A stretch of 60,660 nt of DNA, filler included, from Nemertoderma westbladi (Eukaryota; Animalia; Xenacoelomorpha): assembly GCA_032718475.1 (NCBI GenBank). It is 3 parts of 3 records of this genome, joined end to end, with 100 filler letters (N's around TTAATTAATTAA, not from the genome) between each part and the next. Parts side by side here need not be neighbours in the genome. Positions count along the whole stretch, not along the records: positions 29,751 to 46,168 come from JAUCBJ010002349.1; positions 46,269 to 60,660 come from JAUCBJ010004193.1; 1 more part is not named here. One strand, given 5' to 3'. The notes beneath the pieces were generated by a model that had not been told where the DNA came from, searched no databases, and was given only the letters and a program-made list of their open reading frames with translations. A program made the translations under genes and the position numbers. Below, piece after piece: positions 36,683 to 50,668 of the stretch. Position 1 is the stretch's first letter, and every line of letters starts with the position of its first letter.

Positions 36683-39600
36683 GTTTGCATTTACTGTAAG
36701 GGGTGCAATATAATACATCTGCCCCAATCAATGCCTCAACTCAAGTACTACAATTGAATGATTTGAACAACTGAATGAATCACCCTCCGTCTCCACATTC
36801 GCCATTATTTACCACAGACAAAACCTATGAGACACAGGTCGCCCCTATGTAACGCAAAGCCTATTGATTATAGAGAGATTGAAATAATTACGGTGTCCAT
36901 TTGTGTACGGCGTTTATAAATTACCGAAAGACAGACAGATAGAAATATAATTCGAATCTTGGGTTTCGCGCTTGTCACGATTAGTACTGCGCGATTGCTA
37001 CGACCGGAAATTAATTTTTCAGTGATGCTGAGAGGGCAGGTGAGTGTGCATTAACTGGCGATCCGTTGTTAAAGGGAGCTGGAGGCAGCGAAAAATAATA
37101 GTTGGATATACCTAATGCAGTAAGTTAGGTATTCTTCTAGTAAAACATATATCATCCAAGGCCAATATGTGATTGATAAATATATTAAAAAGAAAGTATA
37201 ACTTGTTTGTGAGAGTGTGTGAGTGGCTGGGGTGATGATAACTACATCGTACTGTAGAGTAAATAAAATTAAGAAAGTACTGCTGAAATATAATATAATA
37301 TAATTTAATGACATTTTCATTTTCAGACAGAGAAACATACTTTCACCCATCTACCACCAGAAAAAAGTAGCAATGTTAAATAAATCCAGGAACTGAACAG
37401 CGGAATTAGAAAAATATATCATCTATATATTAAAATTTAGCTGCTAAACTAGTATATATAATGACATGGTATTTGTATCGGGTCGGGCCCAATGTGCAAC
37501 GAATTACTATGAATATGACCACTGCCTGTCTAGTCCGAAAACCATCGAACAATAAACTAGCCGAACTCAGTAATCCTTTACCAAGGTTACCACATCGACG
37601 CCTTAATGAAGCTACCAGGGAGATTAACTAAACCAAATCAAACTTTATCGATACAGTAATTACCACTCTTTACAAATCCCGCGATAGTTTGATACCGGTA
37701 CTGTATAAATCATGGTTGACTGTAAAGGTTTTCAAAGTTTTCAGATTTACCCGTCTGAGTCTGACCATGTATATACCATAATGGGGAGTAAATGGTATAG
37801 CTCGAAAAGCAATAATTATTTTATACTTATCCGGGAAAATATATTGATATTGTTATACTAAGTAATAACTTCGTTCCAATCGCTGTAATTTCCCCACAAT
37901 TACTTATAGTGTTCATCTCTGGGTTGGAGTTTATGATTCTAATGGGGTTAGGCCTGGATATGGGGAGGGGGGGGGGGGGGGGACTTGACGCAAATCCCAA
38001 CTCGGTAACAATAAACGAAAATTAATAGAAGAAGTTACAGTTATATTTTTAGGAATAATCAGCTGTTATTTGCGTCGATTTCCCTTGGAGAGGAATCCCC
38101 CCCCCCCCCCCCCCCCCCTATTGTGGAGATGTACAGAATTAATATTATAGTTAGATATCGGTTCTTTATGGAAAGCAAGATAACTTATAGCTGCATATGA
38201 CTTGTGGAGGTTCGGGTTTCGGGTAACAACCCTACCACGATATGGTTCTCCTACATTGAATACCCCAAGGCTACGTAAAGGTAAACTAGGACTGCAGACC
38301 AATCCTCTCGCGATCATCTTAATGAAGGCGGAAGTGAGGCTAATACAGCCCAATACACTAGTATACACAGGGTAGAAATATATAAACTGTGGGTGGAGTA
38401 TGTAACACTCATCAACTTTGAGTGCGGGTGGGATGTCATGTCATTGTGTGTGGGTGGCTGTGCTAGGATTAGTAACATTACAATCAGCATTATAGAGTAA
38501 CAAATAGAAGTATAAAACATAAGTATCTTGAGATTAGGATATTTATAAAAGCGAAAATTAGTTAAGCAATGCAGTTGTAGAATAATATAACTTACAGGGG
38601 TAAAACTCTTGATTCTTGGATAGTTTAATAGATCCCCCTGAGTCATTCTGTATTTGAGCAATAGTGCTGCCCCCTTTACCCATTACGCATCCAGCGGAGT
38701 ACCATGGAACCAACAATTTCAGTGTGTATTTGTCGGGCTCAAAATCTGCAACAATAAGAATATTATACTGATATCAGCAGTACCTATAAAGAGTAAATGG
38801 ACCGTGAACCGGTATGTAAATAAATTATAATCTAGCTAACATTTAGCTAGGCCTATATTGTAAAGGGTCCCGAAACGAGAGAACAGCAAAGGATTTCCCG
38901 ACCTTTGTGCGGCGTTAGATGTAGCAATAACTTACTGGATTGTCAACTAGACATTTGTTATATGATAACAACAATGAATTCCACCATATAATATAAATGG
39001 TATATGCGACTCATCGGGTCCCATATGCCAACTGGCCCCATCACACAACCCACAAACAAAAGATATGTGTCAATAAAACCCAATATCCTGCGTGTTATAT
39101 ATCCAATCCGTCCTCCTTTCTAGTAGATGGTAGAAACGTTGGGAAAAAGTTGAAGCAAAATAGCGAATTTGGGAATACAAAAATCCAAGTATTCAGAACA
39201 TCTCTATATTTGTATGTAAGGATTCACTAATCTATAAACCAACCTAATCGTATCGATTCGCCTTAAGTTTCCGTGTATTACCTTTATTTGATCACATACA
39301 CTTAGCCCCTACACCATACACCACACCCATCGAGCTTTGTGATTAGATAGCTTTATGATTATGATATGAAAACGAACAGCGGACAAGTTATCCAAAAGTA
39401 GCCACTCCACAACCTGTAGAGTGGGTAACCGCGCAACTCTGGTAAAATAATAAGGATCTCATTCTCTTATGGGGATCGCGCTGTAGAAATATGGAAGGGA
39501 ATCGCATCTTATCAGATATTTTTATTTTCCACCCAGCAGTAACTGCCAAACTGCCACCCATCACGGTAAAGTTTCCCGATGAATTAGGTATGCAGGTGGC

Positions 39601-42064
39601 ATACCTCGTGCCCCCCAGCACTACTACTGGGCTCGTGTGACACCGGTACACCCACCTAAGTCCGACTTTAACCCAATTAGGAAATAATGGCCCAGTCGTC
39701 CAGCCCACAGTACAACCATTACATCTGATAGTTGCATAGATGGAAGCCACATAGTTAGTTAGTTGGCATATATAAAAACTATCGTACAATCTCTTTTGGT
39801 TCTCATTAGTGTTGGCGCGAGTAGAACTTCAAAGACACTTCTTTAGAATTTGTACAAAGCTGGCGCGCAAAAAAAACTGTCAATAAATACGAGATATCTT
39901 CAGATTAATAATATGCGTTAAAGTAACCAAACGCCAGAAGTGGGAAACACACAACTCGACTAAATCAATTAAAAGATACACACTATATAACATAAAATAA
40001 CAACGTATCATTAAATTAAGTGAAATGTTGGCTGGGGATAAATCAAGAAAACAAATATCAGAGTATATAGATATTAGATACTGTTCGTTAGAAACAATAT
40101 ATATATAGATGTCGTTCCTTTTAAATAACTAAATGGAAATAAATATGGTGAACCTAATCAAAACAATAAACTGTAAAGGACAATAATTGTTTGCAAACGC
40201 ATGTTACAGTAGGAACTGAGACAAACGATATCAGAAGAAATTAATAGACGTAAATCTCCGGTGAAATGAAAGTGAGTGACACACCCCTGCATGCATAGGG
40301 GTACCGGTAATGTTATGGGTGGTTTAGGGCTTAGGGAAATTATACCTAAGGTGTGCAAACGAATAGCATAGGATATAATTTATTAATCCTGCATGATATA
40401 TCAACGCTGAGATTGCACCGCACCCATATATGTAACCCTATACTACTTACGTCAAAACCCCGCGATGCCCCTAAAGTCACGGGCCACACAGGTGAGCGTG
40501 AGATAGGAAATATGTGGTAAATATCAACCCAGGTATTCTTTCACCCTCTGCCGTCTATATAATGCCAATAACCCCTGGAGTTGTTGCCTCCTCCTCGAGT
40601 GCTTAAAAGCTTAACCGCCGGATTCGAATTGACGCCTGCCAGTCAAAGAGTTTGAGCGATTGGGCCCCAACAATAGTTTCGGACCCTGCGCAGTGCGCAC
40701 GGTGATAGATTAAGCCTGTCGCCCCCATTAAAGAAGTGTCAACATTTTGCCAGAACTGTAAAACACACATTAAGAGCTCTGGGGCCAAGTGTATAGGCCT
40801 ATCTCCGGTTAAATAAACGTAATACGCAAACCCAACACGTAAGACATTGCCTGTGTGTGTATACTACTGTCCATTATGAGTGCATTGTAAGTTTTTAATT
40901 AATGAGGTAAAGCCATCGATTGACAAAATAATAACTGTTAAACTGTATGAATGTGATCCGAAAACAATTAATATTATAATTGTAATGTGGCATAAATATA
41001 CATATATATACATACCCATTAAATAATAATGTGAAAAATGCGAAGACTCAAAACAAAACAACAAAAGGCAACATGAAATCGAAAGAAAAAGATAATTAGT
41101 TCACAGAAAACATGCCACTTTTTTTATTCCTAATTTATTATGGTTGGGGTGTTGCGCTAGGGAACTATTTGGTTAACCTACTTAAATTTGTTAGTTAATA
41201 TTTGATACAGTCTTATACATACCGCCGCACTAAACGGAAATAACAATTTTACTGCAGTTTCCTTAACAATGAGCCAAACTTAGTTAAAAAATAAGATGAT
41301 CGATCGACCAGCTTCATATTCTCTATCATACTGGAGGCATTAATATCCGCTTTACTTTATTAAACGATCAATGGTAAATTAGTTTAATTGAATCTTGAAA
41401 CTTCAGAAGGCGCTCTGAGTGTGGGGAGGGTAGGTGCACCCAGTGGGCGAATCGCGGGAGATAATGAGAGATCCTATGGCGACATTAATCCCGCTTAATG
41501 GACTGTTAATTTTCTGCATCAGCACCAATTTCCTAGTTCCCATCAGTAATTGACAAAGAAAGCCTCTCCAAGCGAGGGAAGTCTCCAGGTGTGAGGTTAA
41601 GGGACTCAATTGATAGCAGTTCAAGAGCATCTCTCTTTGGGAGAGTTGAATTTTAAGTATAATAAATAATGCTTGCTTTTATATACCCCCAGGAATTAAT
41701 TCCATAGGCATAAAGGCATCATCATAATTAATAATGCCGTACCTCAAAAAAATTACCGGTACAAAGTAACTCGCTGGCTAAAAAACTTCTAAGTATATAT
41801 CGATCTATATAGATATGCTTCCTGCCTATGATAAATTTGCTCTGATGTTATATAATATAGCATAGGCCTATATAATATATATCTGTACAGATCTTATTCC
41901 AATTATAAAGAGTTATATACTCGCCAGGAACCCTAAAATGGCTGCATAATGTAACTGCTTCGGAAAAGCTGTTATAGTAATCCTGAAAATTTGGGAAAAT
42001 ATAAAATTATATCGATATCGGTATTTACCATTAGTAATGTAAAGAAATACTGAATCTTTTAATT

Positions 42065-42275
42065 ATTGAGTGCAATTTTTCATATTATTATAACTTTTGT
42101 TAGGCACTGCTTTCAAATTCGGCAATGACGTCCAGGTGGGATCGAACTGGGGACCTCCGGGTTGGAAGTCTGACGCTCTAACCATTCAGCTAGCGGCTTA
42201 GGTAAAATGCACACCTGGACGGACATACTACCGTGTATGACCGCAATTGACTTCATCATTGCCTCTGTCAATACC
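42065..42275 (-). mobile_element. tRNA-derived (SINE-like) interspersed repeat, copy 2
   Basis: Minus strand GCCGCTAGCTGAATGGTTAGAGCGTCAGACTTCCAACCCGGAGGTCCCCAGTTCGATCCC: A box TAGCTGAATGG, B box GTTCGATCC, TCC (Gly) at the anticodon position. The stems are broken. Confidence 0.7.
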
Positions 42276-45200
42276 ACCCAACATCTGCTGCCACTGTGCC
42301 AATTGTTCATGGCATAGTCCTCTGATGGCCATAGCACTACATACAGAATATATTTAAATATTCGTTGATTGAAAAAAAAAACAATGATAAGTGCGACAAC
42401 AAAACATTACAGTTCTGAATTATATATGTTTTAAAAGAAACATCATCAAATTTACCAGGATTAATTTTGTATTATTAATGATGGTTACCTACATTACCTT
42501 TACAAATCTAGTAATTTTGTAGTTATTATTAAATGCATCAGCTGTGCCGTATTTCAATTACATTTACAAAGTCGCTTTCATAATAAGAACCAAGATATGT
42601 AATCATCGGAAAATCATAAAACATTGGCAAAGTAGGACTTAATGTTGGGCGAGTTTCACTCTCGCTGATGAAAAGAGAATTCATTCCAAACAATTGGTCG
42701 CGGCTGGGTGAACACGCAACTATAGGCCTATGGTAGTTAGCTACATGGAACGATAGCTTACCGTCACAGACAAAATGTGATGGATTGGATAGCCTAACGC
42801 TGAGAAAATCGTGGAATTCCCTGGAGAAATATTGAATGGAACTTACTCTGACACAAACGCAAATAAATTGTAATGTAATGCAATCTACCTATCCCGCATT
42901 ATTGTATGGAGGGGCCCCAAGCCATAGGTCAATCGAATATCAGGTGTGTCTTCTCGACGATTCCTGATTGCACTGTGCAGAAATAATGGATATGGATCCA
43001 TCCATATTTCATAATGCTTATTGCTTATTACTATTTATTCAATGTGTGTCGGAAGGGCAAGAAGTCCCCACACAAGATAATTTTTTTTTATTAAAAATAG
43101 TGCAACATAATTAAAGGTTTCACTTTCATACAGCGTATGGAGTAGATATAATAATAATTACCAGAATTATCAAATGTTAGAGGCTTACATTAAGCCGACA
43201 AGACATGGCTTTCGATATGTGTGCCAAGGGATATCGAATGTAAACTAAGAGCTACCAACTCACAATCTGCAGATGTTACAATACAACAACTACATTCAAT
43301 AATCAGAAGACACCTGGTCTATGGATACTAACAAGCTACCTTTTCAAGGCGCTCTGTTATTAATTATATGTCCTGGTGTTGATGTTGACACAGTGTCACT
43401 CTAGTGTAGCTGATTCAGATCCAAATTGAATATATCCCCACTCTTCAATATGTCAATCAAAGGCAATACAAATAATGGAGTTGATAAAATTAATATTTAT
43501 GATTAGGACATTGGCAAAATTAAGTCTTCTGCACTTCTACACTAACTGGATGGAGGACGGAAATGCACAATTAATTAAAGATAATTCATCATCTACATCA
43601 ACATACCATAACCCAAAATAATAAACCAATAGGCATAGGCAATAGCTTTATATTTAATAGATACAATATGTCCAGAGATGTGGTCACAAGTTCTATGTTT
43701 CTCTATGGGGAGGGGATGGGGGATTGGAATAGATCGGAAATTGGGGAATTTGGATTTCGGGATCATGGGTATTTATATCCAAATCTTAGTTTTATCTCAT
43801 TCACAATACTTACTTTCCATAAGACTTCGCACATTCATGTATTACAGTAAACACGCATAGACCTACATATTACACAAAGGTGTTTACACCAGGGATTGGT
43901 TTTTCTCCTCCCACCCACCTGTATTAACACTGGTATGAATCCGACTGTGTGGGTTCAGCACAAACTCTTCCCAATATCCAGATGTCCACATCGCCTGTGC
44001 ATGTGCATCAAGGTGTACACCTTGATGTGGATACATGTTGGCTCTGCCGCTGATATATTGATTGCCAAAGTCAAACAGCGTTTCAAGAAGGCCGCTTTAT
44101 CAGTACAAATTGGGTGGTTGATGGGTTTGGTGGTTTGTACAGGAAATGGATAGCAGAGCTCTGTCTACACAGCCTTAAGGTAAGGCTGGGATTGCCTACA
44201 ACCTACAATGAATAACTACTGAACAAAATAAAGGTGTAAGTATGGCCACCACAAAGGGTGTAATGCCCACTAAATATTATAAGGAGTTCCCTATGCTATG
44301 TAGCCTATGTGACCATAAAGTTGGCTGCAAGTGCTGTCTGATGGCCAATATTTGTTAAAGGTGGAAACAAAACGACGAGCCTAAATTAGCAACAAAATAA
44401 TATACACAACATGACTTCCAAGCCAACGTTTCATATGGGTCCAAGATTAACTGAGCTGCTATTATATGTAACACAAAATGTTTGTCAAATGAATTACAGT
44501 TTCCTGGCAAAATTTAGTTAATTCCTGTTTGGGTAGGGATTTAAATAGATCTCAATAATGCTAATGCCTTGCTACTGTAAAACAAAGTGCATGTACAATA
44601 GGCACTTCAAATAAACAGCCTAAGCCGACCAAGGCAATTCTGAGTCCGATATGCCATGAGCTAATTCCATATATGGTGGAATTTGAAATGTAGATAAACC
44701 ACTTTCTATGCGCAGATGTGCATTTCACAAAGTTACTCAAGAGTGTGTTCGTTACCGATATCGAGTTGGAAGCAAGTAAATATGTTGACTGGCATGCCTG
44801 ATCCCACATACCGCAATCAACTCGAGTGAAATATATGCATTTCATAAAGACAAAGCCGCAATGCACTATAAATCATAGGCATCAGGTAAGTAAATAAGCA
44901 ATATAAATACAGAAACTAACAGTTTCCAGTCAGATATTAAAATTTATATTGATAACAAGCCAAAAGAAAAGTGCGAATGTGGAATGTATGAGAGAGTGTC
45001 GGTTTATGTAGAGTCTACCCGTGGATGTGAAATCTTGGAATGTAAACAAAACAATAAAATGTGAGGTCGGCAGACAGGAAACAGGTAGACAAGGCAGGTA
45101 CCGCCCCATTATTAGATTAGTATAGTCCCAGGGAGGGGTTAAAAAGGAAATTCAAATTTAGCAATTTGCAATGCTTAATGGAATTGTTTGACTACTGGTA

Positions 45201-46168
45201 GACACAATAAAGTTCTTTATTAAACGGAGGGGAGGGGTGAAGGATGTTTACTTTAATTACAGCATGGGATATTATTTGGCTGTTTATTTTAACTCCATTA
45301 ACCTACAGAGGCAGATTCATAGGTGCGTCTAGCAAAACTAACTTTTATTGCAACTTTCTTTGACTATCCTGGGAAAATAACAATAATTTTGTCTATATGA
45401 GATGTATGAATGTAACTACTAATTTGAGACTGTCTAGGTGGTGGGAGGGTGTGTGTGTGATATGAAATATTTAATTGGCTTAAAATCGAATTAGTGAAGT
45501 GGTGGATAAAGTAAGTGTAGACTTACAGATAGACAGTTGGTGGTCCAAAAGCCAAACCAATACTAAAGCAGCCAGCTAAATTTAGACAGACATGTCTGAG
45601 TTTCAGGCAGCCCTAAGGTGTTATGAAAGTGAAAGACATAGTGTATATTACTTAGTAAATTGATAAGGAGTTGTCAAAATTACAAACTGATGTCATTCAT
45701 TACTGGGTGTGTATTGTATGAGGGTCCCAGATAGTGGGGCACGTTGACCGCAAGTGAAAATTGTGATCTTCAGCGCAAATTGACCACAACCTGCCAAACG
45801 TGAGACACCCAGTAAAGGGGAAATTCCCCTCTTTTTTTTATTTGTATATTTTGTATCTCAACTTTAACTTTCATGACGATAATGTAAAGTGTATTTGTCC
45901 ATGCAATTAATTACAATAAAAATTTACGTAGGATTCTACCGTAGATACTGAAAGTAATGCAATGTAGTGTAGTGGCTAATCTGCATCAGTTTTATAAGTT
46001 ATTCTTGACTGTTGAATAATAAGAAGTCATAGAGTCTAGACTGTGTGGTATTAGCTCTCCTATCTTTCATCATAACCAATAATACAGTATTCAGTCTGAG
46101 AGAGATAATAAAACAATGCTCGTATTGTGTACCAAACATATTTCGATATAATGATAGTATTGTGTCCA

Positions 46169-46268
46169 NNNNNNNNNNNNNNNNNNNNNNNNNNNNNNNN
46201 NNNNNNNNNNNNTTAATTAATTAANNNNNNNNNNNNNNNNNNNNNNNNNNNNNNNNNNNNNNNNNNNN
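46169..46268. other. Artificial contig-joining spacer (N44-TTAATTAATTAA-N44)
   Basis: Same structure as 29651-29750. Confidence 0.97.
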
Positions 46269-46373
46269 GTGGGGCGAGCCACGAAGTTGGCGGAGCCTTA
46301 GCGAATTGGCACTGTTAGGGGGTGGGTCAATTTATGCAAATAGTTGTCGTTGTCGTCGTCGTCGTCGTCGTTG

Positions 46374-46405
<32 letters not shown>

Positions 46406-46660
46406 GTCGTTACGATTTTGACATGCTAATAACTTTGTCGGATTTAAAGCTGCCAAGTTGAAAATTTGTAGGTATCAATATGAGCAAAAGTTGAGATTTT
46501 TGAGAGACTTTCAGACACCATCAGTGCAATGGTCTCCCGCTAGAGGGCCACATGTCTAAACATTAAATGCCCTCCCATTTCTTTGCTTTTAATCCGTTTA
46601 AGCTGAAACTTGGCAGATATGTATAATATTCAAAATGTAGATGTTTTTTTCACAAATAAT
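46269..46660 (+). mobile_element. Non-autonomous element with an internal (GTC)n microsatellite (HINE/DINE-1/pearl-like)
   Basis: Head GTGGGGCGAG..ACGAA..T..GCG.AG..TTAG is shared with 50669; (GTC/GTT)n at 46343-46411 follows it. This architecture resembles Helentron-derived interspersed elements. Confidence 0.5.
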
Positions 46661-48552
46661 GTTTTTGCTATACTATATTAATAATTTTTAAATTCTTAAG
46701 AAATAATTATCTGCTTCATCAAAATTATTGACTTTTTCATTATTATTAATCATGACTCACACTAAATGTAATATTTAAATGAAAATAATTTAATTTAAAG
46801 TTTAATTAAGATAAATAAGCACGTCACCAATAGAGGCACATAAATTTATCAGTCCATCTATACGCACCTGTTTGTGTTGTAATTAATTGTATATTTATGT
46901 ACAAAAATAAGCAAAGTTTCTGATCTCTGGCTCTGGTATTTTTCAAAAAAAAACTCTCGGTCAGGTTCACCGTAATTACGAAAGGAGTCTCTGTTTCAAG
47001 TCTAGTCATAAATAATATTTTACTGAAATTACCTGAAAAATTTTTACGTAACATTATTTAAAACAAAAGTATCACACATTTTGCATTGATCGAAAATTGC
47101 AGAACAAGAAAGTATAAATTTTAGCACAGCATGTAATTTTAGATATATTCAGAAACATAAACTAATATATGATATATTTTCTGAAGGCTCAGAGTATGTA
47201 GAATTCAGTGATAGTTCAGTGATAATTCAGTGGCCGACCGACCTTAAATATTATCTGTAATAACTATTTACTTGTTTGGAAAGTAGCACGTTACATTGTG
47301 ATGATCCGAGTGGCTTTGTTACACGAACGAACGTTACGTGAGTGAGTGAAAATAAAGCCACGAGGATCAGAACACTGTAAAGTACTTTGCAACAAGGATG
47401 TATGTAGTTTTATTACAAAATTGTAACATTACGAAATGATTGTACATATATTATAAGTGATAGAAACTGTACAAATTATATTAGTTGTTGTATAAATAAA
47501 TGTAAAAATGACATAAATTATGTTATAAATAAATTAACTTATATTTATGGTGGCGTTTGGAGCCATGTTATAATAATATAGCTAGGCCCTCCCGGTTATT
47601 AATAACTATACCCCGCCACCACCAGTAGGTAATGCAGTAGGCATATCTGGATGTCAGACAAATTTCCACCTATTGTTTACGTGGTAACCAATGACGGCGT
47701 TAAGTAATGTCCACTGAGGGGACATTACTTAACGGATAACACCAAATACAATACTAGATGTACAGGCCAATACAATGATGTAATGTCCACTAAAGTTGTA
47801 AAGTGCTAAATAACAACTCGCTGTTAATACTAACAGCGTTGAGTAATGTTACAATTTTGGAATAAAAAATATATACTGCTTGAGTGCTTGTCCCTTATTT
47901 TCCACTGCCTGTAACCATTATTTTAATACGATATTTTAGGATAATTGGTAACAGGCGTGGGACACTTGCTTGCCTGTAACCATCTATGTAAATGTATTGA
48001 GAGCCGGTTACAGATGGCGGGACGTTTTATGGTACGACTGACACTGACAAACACAAATTATAAATGCTGCGTTTGAACATTATACATCAAATGAAAGCAT
48101 TTTCAAGGAGGATTTCTGAACTGTTATTGTTTTATCGAGGTACCAATTAAATACGATTCTATCAGCTTTAACGTTGGTTACAGGAGGGGATAGTTTATGT
48201 TTTTCTCTCCATCTTAGGCTCTCCAAACCCACATATCTTCAAAAGTTTTCGATGAATTTGTATAATTGTTTTTGTGTGTTACAGCTGAGTAATTACAGAT
48301 TCTTAAAAAAAAATGTCAAGGTGTGCCTGTAACCATAAATGCCATTATTCAATTTTTGCCATTGGTGACATTTTTACTGGTGTAGTAGAAAACAAAATGT
48401 TCCAGGATCTCCTATATGCTAACTATACATCTACAGACTATGATGTTTCTTAAAATTAATAGACAAATTGTCGAGCTTTCATTTGGTATTTAACATATTA
48501 ACTTTTATTGACATTAGATTGAAACTAGAGCTCCTTATTTAAGTGCTTCTAA

Positions 48553-48670
48553 GGGGCCGTGCATAAATGATGTCATGGTCGAATGGTGGGGGGGGGGGGG
48601 GGGGGGGTTGCAATTTGGTGACAATTTGTGACATTGGGGAGGGGGGAGTAGCTATACTTGTGACGTCACA
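48553..48670 (+). mobile_element. PIF/Harbinger-like MITE terminus
   Basis: TAA|GGGGCCGTGCATAAATGATGTCA followed by poly-G and GTGAC repeats; the partner end was not found. Confidence 0.45.
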
Positions 48671-49573
48671 ATAGCACTTTGGCTAACAAATAAAATACAT
48701 AAGACCAACATCAACAGCCAAAGTGAAATCTATTCAAGTAGAGTATTCGCGAATCGAGGTGATAAAGTGTTAATTCTAAGTGGCGATAAAGATGAAGAAC
48801 ACCACATTGACTGGTTATAGATAAGGACGAGGTAGAGTTAGACCCAGGAAGTGGCACATTAGACGGTCGTATACCTGGTGCACTTGCGGTGATCGATGTC
48901 GAAACTCAGATGTGGTCATTCCCATGGGAGTGAATATGCGGGGTGTCTTCCTTGTTTAGTCATTGTGCACAGCTGAATCACCATTGTGTATGCACGGTAC
49001 TTCATATAGCGCGCCATTTGGTGGTCTCCGCAGTGAATGTTTGGATTTGACCTGACCAAATTGGTTTACTACGGAAGATCCGCAGTGGGCACACCTGAGC
49101 GGGTGTGGGCCACTCGGAATCCGACGAGGCGGCGCACATATTGACATTTGGCGTATGTACATTTCTTACAGTTGGGGGCCACTGGGTTAATAGTTTTTAC
49201 GGTATACTTTATCAGAGCCCCGGCAGCTGAAACAGCCAGTGCCGCTAGTCGGTGGGGTTGACTTGTTGACGAGAGGCTATTATGAGGCGCAATGGGATAC
49301 GCATTGCGTATCTCCTTCTGTCAGCCAATACTGGCCGTACAGCAATTAATGAAATATTAACATTTAGTATTAATATTTCAAATTTAACCTTTTTGATTAA
49401 ATATACAGGGTATGATTTGTGACGCGACGTTCAATTTTTAAAATTTTGGATTTCATGAGATTTTATTCAGTAGAAATATAATTACATCAAGGTCTCACTT
49501 TTTTGTATGTTTTGGCCACTTTTTTGTATATTTCTCCGGCCCCCGTGTATTTTCTATTTATTTTAGAGACATA

Positions 49574-49680
49574 CCGTATTTACTCAAACAAGAGCCCCCC
49601 CCCCTCCCCCCCTCGAATTAACGCCCATTTACCATCAAATTAGCAACTTAAACGCCTTCCCCCTAAGTCTAACGCCTAAA
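49574..49680 (+). mobile_element. pogo/Tigger-like MITE terminus
   Basis: TA|CCGTATTTACTC followed by repeated TAACGCC motifs; the partner end was not found. Confidence 0.4.
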
Positions 49681-49985
49681 TTTTAGCACAGCATGTAATT
49701 TTAGATATATTCAGAATCATCAACTAATATAATTATTTTCAATAGTAATGAATTTCAAATGTACTCATTTTAGTCTTTTCAATTAAAAATATTCAATACA
49801 AATGTTTATTTTGCCACATTACGTAGTTGAACACTTTTGTTGTAAAACAGGCTCATGTCTCATGGATTGATTGCTAAGTTTGATCAGCAAATTAATTAAG
49901 ACTACCGGCAATAATTTATTAAAATAAACGCACAAGCTAAATATAATAGAACAGGTTACAGTTTTATTAATTAAAATAAACTCAC

Positions 49986-50480
49986 AAGCACTCTCTTCGA
50001 AGGTCACAGTAAAAGGTCCATTAGGTTCAATAGATCCAGAGAACGTAAGTGAACCTACATCTTTTAGAGTACAGTTGTAAACACCAGCATGTTCCTTCTT
50101 GCAGCCAGAGAATTGGTATTTGATGTAGTATGGAGTGTCTGTTTGTCCATCAATGTTGGGTGTGTCTCCTGCTAGGTATTCCCCCCCTACTAGACAACTA
50201 TCAACTGATTGTATCTCTGGAATCACTTTTGAGGACCCAGCAGGTGCATCAAATGGGTTTGGAAATACTGCGGCGAGTTCTACCTCGTCGGTACTTCCGG
50301 GTCTCTGGAACACTAACTTTGACTGAGAAACTCCAGGCTGATTGACAGAATCATATCCAACGCAATATATATCCCAACTGACAGTTAGGCCATCGCAATA
50401 AACAATAGAGGATCCAGATATCTTCAGTTTAGGATCATTCGGTACGAACTTGGTAAATACCTCCACGGCAATAACATCAC
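49986..50480 (-). CDS. Internal exon encoding a divergent immunoglobulin-like extracellular domain
   Basis: Open 495-nt exon with acceptor CCAG|GT and donor T|GTGAG, symmetric phase 1-1. Contains IYC (B-strand Cys) and EHAGVYNC (F-strand DxGxYxC-like) motifs. Confidence 0.7.
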
Positions 50481-50668
50481 CTGGTTCCAAATTAATTAAA
50501 AATATATATAAAATAAGTATATAATAACAATGAAATGACAACGAAATTTTATTTCAATTATTTCCGAATGTGAGAATATATATTCCCAAATTTCAATTTT
50601 AATTTTAATTATCAAAAATAATAAAATTGACCCTAACAAACTTAATATCCTATCCTATAAAATGCTAT

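Noticed and set aside
37825-37950. Minus-strand GTKLLLSITISIYFPG as the missing first Nova KH1 exon
   Set aside because: No GxxG loop upstream and no GT donor (the sequence reads GATAAGT).
42128-42199. Functional tRNA-Gly(TCC) gene (also 6395-6467)
   Set aside because: The acceptor and T stems do not pair and the anticodon stem is mismatched; treated as a tRNA-derived repeat.
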